Positions 35,706-48,210 of a stretch of DNA of 64,000 nt are shown piece by piece. The notes beneath the pieces were generated by a model. The model made no database searches. It was not told where the DNA came from and saw nothing but the letters and a program-made list of their open reading frames with translations. The DNA is from Azolla caroliniana. Taxonomy: Eukaryota; Plantae; Polypodiophyta. Within the stretch, counting starts at the first letter, position 1; the number at the start of each line of letters is the position of its first letter. Both the position numbers and the translations under genes were made by a program. The stretch lies in NCBI GenBank assembly GCA_043228905.1, contig JBHGNT010000002.1, positions 20,646,001 to 20,710,000 of the forward strand. Direction: 5' to 3'.

Positions 35706-38499
35706 AAATTCTGTTCTTCTACTTTCTTGGGATGAGGCTTCTTGGGGTACCATTGATCAAAATGCTCTTTATTTCTCAATTGGGGTTCTTCAAGGTGTTT
35801 GATAGAAAACTCTATGTACTCTAGTTCTCTCTCTAACTATTGTATCTTCAATGCCAAAAGACCCTGATTGCACATGTCATCATGCAATGGAAATATTGCC
35901 CATGAGCTAAATGTATTGCTTTCTAGGTCCATCACACATTTTTCTAGTGTAAATAAACTATGCACAAGTATAACTTGTCACTATCCTAAGCATGGCCATT
36001 TCTTGAATGTTCTTCTATTAGAGGCGTTCACAAGGAGTTTAGTCCACAATTCACCTTCCCCTTCCACTTTTGGATTATATTTTTTGAAGTGGAATAATTT
36101 TATACCAAAACACCACCAAAGAAGGACATAGATTAATTTCATACCAAAACCAAATGTGCCTCTTTCTCGCTATACTTCGCCCACCCCTTTTTTCGCTAAA
36201 TACACGCAATCCTTTTGTAAAATAGGCATAAGGTTGAAAGCCCTTTGGTCGGCAAAAAAGAATAGTACCAAGTTCCAACATTCTTGAACATGTTCAGACT
36301 CTTAGGGATCATTTTTTGTCAAGTGGTGGTGTTCGGTGATGCTGTGGACTAAGGTCAATAAAAGGTGTCACATGTGTTAGTATTAGTGGCAATTTCATGA
36401 TAACTTATGTGTCATTGCGGTGTCTTTAATGCACACGGTGTCGTGATGTGGCATGTCCACTGAGTGAAAAAGTGTGGTTCCACGCACATCGCACACACAC
36501 TTGTAAATATGAAAATAAATAAGTAAATAAGCTTAGGGCTAAGTGCATACAAACAGGTTGCAAGTAAGATTTGAACCTTGCACCTCCAAGGTAGGAGACA
36601 ATTGACTTATCACTAAGGTTACTACTAAGTGTTCTTAGTTTTGTATATTTTCTTATCATATTTAGTATTCCATAATAAACAAACGTATAAAAGTGTGTGC
36701 ACAAAACCATGGTTTAAACCTATGGTTTTGTACATGTCATTAGCAAAACCATGGTTTTATGCATGAACAAACCTATAAAAACCCCAGTAGAGAGTGTGTA
36801 AAGGGGGGCTCAATATGTGACATCACCATCATCATCACCATCAATATAAAATTCTTGTTATAATTATAATTCTTATTGTTCTTCTTCTTTTATCTTCGAT
36901 CAATATTATCATACTTCTTATTGTTCTTCTTATAATCGTCAATCTTTCATTTTTCGTAAGTGTAACAATGTTTCCTCGACTCTAAAATTGACATTGTCCT
37001 CTTTTCGATAACTTGGCGAATGTCCTCCTAGGCGCAAACATTCTCCCCAATCCGAGACCCCGGTGGTCCCGCTCAAGTAGCACACGCACGCGAGCATTTT
37101 CGCGACAACGGTCAAGTAGCGTATGTAGGATTGATTGCCTTATATTGTTGGAGTAGTGGGTCTAATCACAAGACTTCTTCTATGATGAGCTCTATTGACT
37201 AAGAAATAATCAAATGGGGCTTTGCACACTATGTTGAGGAGTCGTAGATTTTCTATAGAATGCTCGTAAGGTTGCAATGGTGTCCAATATGTTGAAAGGC
37301 TACAGATAGTCTATGTATGCCAAATGTTGTCGTGATGCCCAATTATAAAGAGGTGCCTAAGGGTGTTCTACATAAAGGTGTTTGTCCAAAACTCCCATTG
37401 GGTGGCTTTCAATAGCTCTCAAGGCTATGCATAACAAATGCCCTACACTAGTTGCGAAATGCATGTTGTGTACATGTTGCTATGGAGACCCATACTTGTT
37501 GTGGTGACTCTAACTCATAGGGCAATGTATATTTTTGCAGGTGTTAGATCTGGAGGGTCACAATACTTTCTTAGTTTTATGTATGACCATGGAAGATTGG
37601 AGATTGTCCTCAAGGATGGACATGAACTAGATATGATGAAGTTGCTCCAAGGAAGTTTTATAAGGTAGGATCATATAACTCATGAGTAAACCAATTCACG
37701 AGTTTTCGTTTGACATCATCTTGGAACTTTCTTCACACCTATTGCATAGGCTTTTAGTGAGGAGTCTATAGTCTTGACTCTTGGGCGCTTGATTTTTAAA
37801 GAGATAGGAAAAGGATGGGAACTAAAATAAAATGTATTTTTCATGGACCCAAACTTAGTGGAGGTACACCTTGACTAGTACGACCATTGGCCTTTTAGTG
37901 GGGGTGCACACTTGGACTACGATATGGAGTAACTCACAAAGCGGTGTACAATTCGTCTGAAGGTTTAATTCATGGGCAAGAGTCAATAGGGCTACCGGGT
38001 ATACAAACGTCACGAGGTTTGCAAGGTCTATTGACCAGACAATCACTCGATGGAGGATATCCATGCCTTCAAAGAAGAGTTGCGGTAAGGGTCATAAGAA
38101 CATGTGGGAGATGCAGGTGGTATGGTCAAGTGCTTGGTACTTTGGGGCCGCAATCAGGTTGGCGAGAAGAACATTTTCCACAACCAATTGAGGCCGTTAA
38201 GTCTTTTTCTCCGTCTTTAGCATTTGGGTAGATAAATGATCCCTTTGGATGCTTTGCCCAAGGAGAGGAGAAGATGTTGGGAGGCTAAGTGTGGTCTCTA
38301 AGGTGCATTGGAGAAAAAGCTCTCAATGAAGGTGTTGGGGAGGTAGCGGAGGATCATGGATCAATTCACGCAGTGAAGACCATCTTGGGTCATGTGTATT
38401 TTCTCTTCTTAGTCAACCGAGGGATGTGGAATTTACTTGAGGAACCAACTTTGAAGGTATTATAAAACTTGTATTGTATCTCCCTAAACATCCTATTGT

Positions 38500-38720
38500 A
38501 ACCCCTTAAACCTTAGACCACATAGTTGTCGCGTATTCACAACTGTAAAGCATACCACCATAAATCTTAAACCCTAAGTCATAAGCCATAATCCCTAAAC
38601 TCTAAAACCTATACACAAAACCCTAAAAGTTGTAAAGCCTAAACCTTAACCTTACATCGTCCTACATAAATCTTACACCCCAAATGCTCAACCTAAAACC
38701 AGTTCAAACCTCTAAAACCA
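38500..38720. repeat. Degenerate interstitial plant telomere-like repeats (CCCTAAA)n
   Basis: Multiple AAACCCT/AAACCTT/CCCTAAA variants in a run. Confidence 0.6.
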
Positions 38721-39512
38721 GAACACATACATTTATGTAAACAAATGATGATGTTCATATATTTAAATTTGAGAATTTTGTTCATTAATGATGATTGAAA
38801 TCAAAATGCGAAAAATTCCAATAAATCCAATGTTTTAAATTTTGTTTTAGAATGTTGTGAATAATTTATATATATTGAATCCAAATTGAATACCATTGAT
38901 GATGTCCAATGCCAATGACCCTATTGTTGGAATGAGCCCATGACAATGATCTAAAATAACTAGAGGCGTAGGTTGTTGGGTTTATTTGTTCTTGTATGCA
39001 AATTGAGTATACATCATTCAATTAAGATGTAAAAGATGTATATGCATGTCTTGTATTAACAAACAACTACATGCAAACATATAAGTACAACATAAAAATG
39101 TTTTAGCTATATGTTGTCTTAGTGACATGATTGCTTAAAATTTCCAACTTGAATATTTGTATGTGAATGAGACTATTAAATATTGATGCCTAAATGCATG
39201 TAAAATGTGGATGTACATGGAACTAGAGCTTTTGAGGAAATATTTTGGTTTCCAAGGCTCTGAAATGTTACCTCAACTATAAATCTCACTTAATGTCTAG
39301 CTACACTCGATTTTGCATCTTGTCCGAAACTTCCATTTCACTGAACATGCAATGAAGACATGATCAAAGTACCAAGGCTAGTGTCTATAATGTCGATACA
39401 AATAATGCAAAAAGAATCATATAAGGCAATGCTTGAGATGGCACCAAGATCTTAGTGATAGGCACTCACAGTCTTTGATGGGATGAGAATATTGCAACCC
39501 TTCGGTAATTCT

Positions 39513-39612
39513 TAGGTAAAACCTTAAGAACCAATTCTAAAGCTAACTTTAATAGTTTAAGGGCCTTCACTATTAAAGTTAGCTTTATAATTGGTGCTTA
39601 AGTTTATACCTA
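39513..39612. repeat. 100-bp foldback (about 44-bp arms), MITE-like
   Basis: TAGGTAAAACCTTAAGAACCAATTCTAAAGCTAACTTTAATAGT pairs with ACTATTAAAGTTAGCTTTATAATTGGTGCTTAAGTTTATACCTA with about 4 mismatches. Confidence 0.85.
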
Positions 39613-40869
39613 TAATAGTAGCATTGTGGAATAATATGTAACTAATTATTGGCATTAGATTCATGACTTTAGATGAACCTTTTATCAAGTAACAACTTTG
39701 ATTTGTTTACTAGGCAATATTTTCTTAAGTTTTGACAAACTTTCCCACAACAAAAAGTCTTTTGAATCATGCAATAACTCAATTACTATGAGTGGGAAGA
39801 TTGGTGCTCAAAAATTAATCTTAGAATCTCAATGAATGTAGGATGGTTATGCAACCTAACCTATGATCAAGTTGAAGGGTGCCTAGCCGTTTTAATAGGT
39901 ACCTCATTGAGGTTTGTTTCCCACTTGGGGGTAACCTACCCATGTTTATACCTAGTTCTCGGTCATTTAGTAATCCCTCTAAACAATTTTGCACCTACAC
40001 CAACATAGATATGTGTTACAAACAATGTGTAACACTTGCTGTGATGACGATGCATGTGAGGTTTCTAACTTACTCAAGACAATAATTTCTAACTTAGTAA
40101 CCTTTACCATAGAAAACCTAGACTTGCGCAAACTAGTTTGGTTTACTTTCTTTCTTCAACTCCTAATTTGTAGGAAAAATCAAAATTTCATATACGTAAG
40201 TGCAATAATTATAATAGTCATGAAAATAATGAAGACACTTAGAGAACTAATCGTGATATATTAAAAGAACACACATAGTGTATGAGTGGAGAAAGTGGCA
40301 TACATTATGACATTAGGCACATTGATTGCTACTTCAACATCAACCCTCCAAAGGGCTAGAGTTCTGTTATTTTTTGTAGTGAACAATAACGAAAGGTTAA
40401 TTTTTGTCTCAATCTTTTGCATGTATATATATATATATATGTTTGTTTTGGATATTTTGTAAAGACGATGGGGTGACTTAGTGTACCTTCCCTCTTTTAT
40501 TTTCTCCCCATTTTTCCCAAGCAAGGAACATCAATATTTTCCGTTTTTTTCTAAAACAAAATATCATCAAAAGAAAAGTCATAACAGCTACAACATACAA
40601 AATATTTTTGCCCAACCAGTCTAGTGTATGACAATGGCTAAGGAAACATCAATATTTTCCTTAGGCAAATGGTCTCAACCATACTAAAGAACAAAGTCTA
40701 TGAACCAAAGGAATTATCATATTTATTGAATTCTTAAATATGCAATCTTGTTTTTGGCACTAACCATGTATAACTCATATAAAAACATGTTTCCTTTCTA
40801 TAAAATCTACTTGACTAATTATTCTGCATGCATTAAGGAGGAAAGAAGTGGTTCTTGCAATATACAAAG

Positions 40870-41562
40870 TGTTGAGAATTGACCGGCCACAACCGGTTAG
40901 CGCGTATGCGAATATGGGTACAAAGATCGAGAATCGACAATACACAGATAGACTGAAACCGGAAATACAGAGACTCAATATGTTTTACATGGAAAACCCG
41001 AATTAGGAAAAAACCACGGGGGTCCACAAACCCCAGGAAACAAATCACTAACAGTAAGAGGAATACAATAAGAACCTTCAAGGTACCAACCTTGAGTTCT
41101 TCCTCGCCTAAACAAACGGATGTAGAGTTACAACTCACACACACTCTCTCTCACTCTCTAGTTATAGAGGCAATGACCAACTATAACTTATCAACAACTA
41201 TTCTCATAATGACATAATGATTGCCCTAGGTGTTTTTATACTAATACAACATTCAGGGCTATTTACAAATATAGCCCATAAGGACACATTAACTCTATTT
41301 ACAGATATCGCCCCAGTCGACTTCGACCAATTCGACTATTGGTCGAATCGATTCAGATTCAATTATTCGGCCACAACCGAATCGAACAATCGATTTGATT
41401 TTTCGGCCAAGGCCGATATTGGCCAAATCGATTTTGATTCGATTATTTGGCCACGCACAAATCGATTTGATTTTTCGACCTCAATCGAGTTTTTGTTAAC
41501 TGATTCAGTCCTTTCTTCGACTCATGCTCCTGTTCCCATCCGGAAGGACATGTTTCCTGACA
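40870..41562 (-). mobile_element. Solo LTR with TSD CAAAG
   Basis: TGTTGAG...CCTGACA. Both ends are reverse-complementary to LTR 33224-33790. Perfect 5-bp TSD. Confidence 0.9.
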
Positions 41563-44500
41563 CAAAGAACCTTGGAGTATTGATCCGACATTCCGATGTA
41601 GTGCCACATTTTGAAGTATTTCCAATTGTTGCCACTCCAGGAGATATTGCAATGAAAAGTAGAGTTTTGGTTGTCCTGGATACCAAGGGCATTGAAGATT
41701 CATAACCTAAGGAAGGGTGCATGATTAGGCCCTTGAAACGCAAGAAGGTGCAAGAACTGTCAAGGCAAATATGAGATCTTATGATCACTCAGGTGGTGAG
41801 AAATGATGGTTGACAACTTAACACTCAACGATCTAGGGGAGGAAAGAGGTTTATTTGGTGTGAGGAATTCAACCGTTTCCAAAGGGATTATGAAGAATCC
41901 CATGAGGCCTTACAAAGGATCCTAGTCTATCTTTATGATATCCAAATTCACTAGTTAGAAATGTGTTGAGACCTTCGAACAAACTTTGATAATAAAGGTA
42001 TGAAAGGAAATTGAAAGAGGTGGATGAATGAAGAGTTCTAGCTTCATACTACTTGGCCTCCAATGGCATAAGGGTGGGGTGAGTGCAATAAACCTTCGAA
42101 GAAAAATATAAATAACAAAAGGATTCAAACGAAAACAAGAACCGATAAATAGTCATTATATGAGGCCTGAGCACACATACATGATTGAGACTCTGATATT
42201 AATTGCGGAAATCAAACCTTGAACATATGTTGGTAGAATAGTAGTGATGGCCAATAATGTATTCACTTGAGTGCTTGCCCTAATGTGAGGTTGACAAGGG
42301 GAAATGTGACCATCATCCAATACTTCTCTATCCTAGACTTTGCTTTACACTCTATTTCCTTGACAAACCATATATTTTTGAGGCAAAAATGAAGTCCAAG
42401 GTGGTGGAGAATGACACCACCTACGTAAGAGTTAAGAGTCAATATGAGAAGAGTTTGATCCAATTCTTGATCGTTCAACTGAATCATGGGAGGAACTTGG
42501 ATAGTTTGAAGGAAAGATTAAGATAGATTTTTTAGAATGGTTTATCTAGATGGGGAACAACTATAGTCCAAGTTGGCATTTGTAATCAGATAAGTTTGTT
42601 ATTGTGTCACTGTTCTATCAAGTACTCAATTAGTGGCAAGTTTAACATGTGTTAAGTGTTTAATCTTATGTAAGTGATTATGTTGAAAGCGAGTTTAGAG
42701 TTCTCTTGAATAGTTACTCTAGCATAAGTATCTCAAGGGCAATTTACACTTACCCTTGTTTTTCTCACAAACAATGGGGTAGAGATTTGTATGCCCTTGC
42801 ATATTGATCTCAAGATGGTTCTCAAGAAGAACACCCAAGTAGCTTTCGAATTGTGAAGGATTAAAACCGCCACTGCAAGGTGGTGGTGAACCTCTCATGA
42901 ACTCCTAGTACTATGGATAAGTAAGTTATGAAGCAAGGAAGAACCAACCTCAAACAATAATCTCTACATTTTGTCTTTTGTTTTTTGTTATTTATCTTAT
43001 TCTTGTTTATCATTACAGTTTTCATTAGCAAATCATGGATAGTTTTCATTAGCAAATCATGGATACTAATCCTAGGTCTTCATATTTTTTTCGTGTCCAC
43101 TTTTTGTTTTTTTCTCTTCGTCATTAATCATTTTGTTAATCCATTTACTTTCGCTAAATATAGCCATAACCACTTATTCGCACTAATCGATATTCGTGGC
43201 TTTCTCTAGACTTCACAAGATGATAGAGAATATTGGCACAGTCAAGAGGCTCAAATGCGGCTTGGAAGGATTTCACTTAAAAACTCTTTAAGTTTTGGCA
43301 CTATAACCACTCACACTCACACTCACCCTTGTTGTCTAGAACCATTGTGTAGAGGGTCAGAATAGTCAACCAAAAGCATTGTGTTGAGCTTGGCTCATAA
43401 ATTTTGACTACCTTATGTCATGAGACAATTACTATCGTTGTGTAGAGGATCAAAATCGTCGACGAGAATAATTGTGTTTAGATTAAAAAAGCTACATCAA
43501 CTTTTGTGTGGACCTCATAGAAAAACTTATTTTACAAGCTCAAAACCTCATTAACAACCACCATGTAGAGCTTAGTGACAACCATGGTATTGAGAGTTAA
43601 AAATTCCCAACATCAACATCATGTAGAGTTTAGTAGAACCATTCCATGGAGGTTAGAAAACCTCAATAAAAACCATTTTGCAGAGCTCATTGACAACCCT
43701 CTTGTTGAAAGTAAAAAATCGCAATATCAACCATCATGTAAAGCTAAAAAATCCCCACCATCAACTACCATTAGAGCTCAACAACTCCCATCATGAAGAA
43801 CCATCATGGTGAACCATTGATTTGATAAAAATAAAGAAAGAAAACAAATAAATAAGGGAAATAGTGTCATGTTTCTTTAGTTGTAACACACCCTATAAGG
43901 CTTATCATCTACAATATTAAATAGTGGTCATATGGCAGATATATGTAAGAAACATGGTTATATTGTGATTTGTAAGGAACTCCCCTTTATTATATAGGAA
44001 TGGTTAATGGTAAATGCGCTTGTAATGTGAAAATGACCCTTTAGGGTTTCCAACTTGTATAAAAAGACAAGAGCTCTCGTGTTAAAAGGGCCTTTGGATA
44101 CACAAACTTTGGGGCTAACTTTGGTTCTCATTCTCTCCCGTTTGTATCCACTAAGAGCCACTTTCTTCCATGTAGCTTTTCCACACTAATTAATTGAGAT
44201 ATACATGTTTTTAACTTCATAATTACCTCATATTTAATTTACACACCTTGCATGTTTCTTATTTAATAATGATCTATTTGGCTAAGTCAATTAGTGTAGT
44301 AATTATGTGTGCATTAACTTAACAAGGGTTATGTGGTTGCATGAAGTAGAGAGGTAAGTGATTTTATATATGACATTATCTTTTCGATTGGAGAGTGACG
44401 TCCTCAACCCCTACTTTTTTCCATCAAAAGGAAGGTGTCACTCTTGACACTCATTGTGATGCTTAGAAGAGCAATACTCTTAAGGCACAAGTCATGTTTA

Positions 44501-46600
44501 CCCCTTTGAGAAAACTTAACTCACAATATCCTATGAGCCACACTAAGCTAGGATGAAAGTGGTCACTTTTGGTTCACCTTGAAAGATTAGATTGGAGTTT
44601 GCTTCTATAGGCTTCCAAACAGATTTTGGGATTTTCCTTACGTAAAAGAAACATTTTTCACCAACTCCGCACGAAAAGTGATGAAATGGAACTCCTTTGA
44701 TTAACTTGACTCCCTCAATAAGAAGCAAAAGAGTACATATAGATCAACAATTGATTGATGGAAAACTTTTGAAAAATTCATTCATGGGTTGCATGAATCC
44801 ATCTTACAAAATTTTATTACTGTAAGCCAATGCGAAACCTTCAACCATGCAAAGGGTAGTTATGAGTTTCAAGTATTCAATAATGAGAGGGTGGGGGAAA
44901 ATCATATGGCCTCATATGACCACTTACCATAGTAAGAAAGTAGAGAGACTATCTGAATATACCATGTGTGAGAACGTAAATCACCCACCATACATAACAT
45001 GGCCACCACATCGAGCATGAATGCCACCACATGTGGGACATTGTACTATAACTGATGCGTAAGGTGTTTTTTATGCATAGTACCAAAAAACTGTTAGAAG
45101 GCACCCAACAAGAGATACAAACAAAAGCCATATGTTGAACATCATATGTCGTCTAGTGCCCCACAGACAATTAGACCCATAATTCTATTCCAACAACCGT
45201 TGTCAACTAGAGTTGTGGAATGCCCCTAGCATAACGTGAATATGTTTATATGAACGAGTCTCAAATTGGGAGGGAAACAATGAAATCTCTAAGTAAAAAG
45301 GCATATGAAAGGGAGTTTTTGAGATTCAAATGTTGAGGCTTCAATAATTAGCCTAATCATAATAAACGAAGTTTTTCTTTTTTGTTGGGGCAATGATGAT
45401 CCTGGTGATGCCACTAGCAATTTGATCTTGTAGATGTGATGTTAATTGCTTGGGATGGGTTCCCAAAAGTGAAAACATTTGTTTTCCTGTAAAACCTATG
45501 GAGATGTACTTTTTTGTAGGCCAAAAGGGCTAGATGTACACAATGGCTCAACATAAAAGAAACGCTTGGTAAGGCTCTCCATAAGACAACACATTTGTGT
45601 CCTCATGAAAGCTTCAAAGATGCTCTTTTTGTGTGAGCCCGTGAGAACCGTCAGTCACACCCTATTCACTTTCTTTTGTATGCTTTGTAGAAGTTTTAAC
45701 TATGACGTCTACTTATTTCCGTTTTACTTATCAATCTATTATCAAATTTATTTGAGTATATGTGTTTGCAAGTTTAATTCATAGGTAATTTTTGCTTGAG
45801 GATAAAAATGATTAAAGGTGAAGTACAAAGATTTTCTTTGTGAAATTGTTGGTGATTTGATTTTGTAAGCTTGAGCTAATGTTCCTGGCATCTCTCTCCA
45901 TAAGTGAAAACACTTTATTTCTAGTGGAACCAATGGAGTTCATTATATAGGCCAAACATTCTGCTTCATTACGAAAGAAGCTCTTAGTAAGGTTCTCTTT
46001 TAGAGAGCACAATTGTGCCCTTGGGAAACCTACAAAGACATTCATTCATGTAATCTTGGGAAAGATGGGGCTTGGTTTAAATAGAGCTTCTATAAAAGTA
46101 CACACATAAGTTAGGAGGAATCTAGTAATGAACCTGAGAGCAAGTGGGATATTGAAGTTATCCACGTTAATCATTGCAAAAGGAATATTCTATTCCCAAA
46201 GTCAAAATTGGGGTATAACATTACACATCTGCTCCAAGAAGTGTGTATTCACACACAAGGTTTGTGGTTGAGCTTATCATTTCAATAGGAATCACATGAA
46301 GAGTTCAAAAGTGTACCCCAGGGGTGAATATGCAAGACCATAGACAAGTGAAGTCTTTGAAAGTTCATTGTTCTAAGTAACAAATTTGTACTTAAACATT
46401 TGTCAATACTCACATGTCAAACATTGTTTCTCTTTGACTTCCACTTTTCGTGCAAAATAACATAAGCTTCATGGTAAGAAATGATGCATAACTTTGACGA
46501 CCTAAAAATATCAGACTAAATATTATGAATATTGCAATAGCTTGTCAATTTGAAGAACAAGGAGTTGATAGTTTGGATGGCTTTCAAAGCCTCACCATAA

Positions 46601-46769
46601 CATAGTTCTAGCCATACGTCCCATTCGTGTCATACTCAAACGCCAATATTCGTATCATACTCATACGTGAAAAGGCTCCAAGTATGATTGAAATCCATAC
46701 GCGGTACATAGATATATTATATATACATATGGTGTATATGGTGTACATAGTGTGTGTGTGTGTGAGGGG

Positions 46770-46808
<39 letters not shown>

Positions 46809-47191
46809 CGTGTGTGGTCTAGAGAGAGAAGCCCTGTTTTGCATGTGTGAGGAGACAGTGATTGAGTGTATATCTAGACTCTAGAGAGAGAGAGAGAGGA
46901 GCTATGGGTTTTGTCTGTGTGAGGGAGTATGTAATATGTATATTAGATATCTAGATTTTGTAGAGAGAGAAAATCTGTCAGTTCTCGTGTGAGAGAGAGA
47001 GAGAGTGTGTGTATGTGTGTCAGATGTCACTTCTATTCACAAAATATTATGAATATCAAAAATTAAAAAAACCAAAAAAAAGTCAAAAGAAAAAAAAAAA
47101 AGCCAAACGAATATCGCGTATCATACGCGTACGTTTGCAAACGTTCGCGTACGTCCAGTAAATTGGACGTACGCGAATATTAGGAACTATG
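46601..47191. mobile_element. Non-autonomous hAT-type element (MITE)
   Basis: TIR CATAGTTC...GAACTATG, perfect 8-bp TSD CACCATAA, subterminal CGTATCATAC repeats, internal (GA)n/(GT)n. Confidence 0.88.
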
Positions 47192-47727
47192 CACCATAAT
47201 GATTTAGTAGTCCTTGTTTTATAGATATTTTGATAACTCATCAAAATAGAGATGAGGGTCACTTTAAAAACTTCTTGAAATGCAAGTAAATTGTGTCTTT
47301 CTAAATATTTGAACGACTTCTCATAATGGAGGTGAGGATTCACTATTTTCTAAATGCTTTGATGACTTGTTGAACATGCTAAATCTATAAGCGAACCACC
47401 AAAACCTTATTTAACATTGTCGTCATGTGAATGCGCATTAGGTCTGAGGTTCTTGATTATGAGATGAATGTGAGTTAGACAGATTTTGAGCAGAAGAATT
47501 TGGTTAGATGAAAGAGAAAAGAAGAATAAGGTAAGGAATGTAGCATAGAGTATGAAAGATTTTAACTAAAGACCTCTATACACAAATAGGATAGGATAAT
47601 CATTATTTGATTAAATAGAAAGTAGATATAAAAGTTAACCCTTTGAGTGTAATTACATATCATAGGAGAAAACTTTGTTGGATTCTACTAATCATTAGAC
47701 CAATAAAGTAAATAGATTGGATGGAAG

Positions 47728-47813
47728 TGTTGAAGATGAAGGTCGTCTTTGGGGAAGATCAAGAAGCATTCGTTTTCTTCTCTGTACCTGCGTATGACTG
47801 TTTGTAGGTCGTT

Positions 47814-47847
<34 letters not shown>

Positions 47848-48017
47848 ACAAAAGAGTCTTTATTTCATAAAGAAGAATACAACAAGCCAACCCCACAAAG
47901 AGGTTACAAGGTCACTATATATAGGGACCGACTTAGGGCAACTGCCCTTTATGCTAATTACATAAATGGCCAAAACGGGATAGTGTGAATACGTCCATTA
48001 TACACATGTATTCGACA
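47728..48017 (-). repeat. 3' LTR (290 bp)
   Basis: TG...CA ends, direct repeat of 52910-53197. Confidence 0.97.
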
Positions 48018-48210
48018 CTCCCCCGTAATGGGCGTATACATGGGTTATCTAAGATTACAGGTATAGACTTAGGTTCTCGGACATATCAGCTTTGTTCAAG
48101 TCGGCAGGGTCCGAAGGCAGAAGACCGAACTGGTCGGGTCGGAACAGTTGAAGCCGATCATTAAGGAACTGATGTCGGTTGTCGAGAACTATCCTGCTCT
48201 GTGTCCGGCT

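Noticed and set aside
36565-36770. Weak tRNA/SINE-like head (36565-36625, minus strand) and AAAACCATGGTTTT palindromes
   Set aside because: Boxes are degenerate, and no TSD, tail or Helitron CTRR end could be fixed.
37000-38450. Possible decayed coding sequence
   Set aside because: No recognisable motif in the frames examined.
44300-46500. Decayed gene or TE with CPTCGGIHARC on the minus strand (about 45000-45045)
   Set aside because: An isolated Cys/His motif among many stops. Family not assignable.
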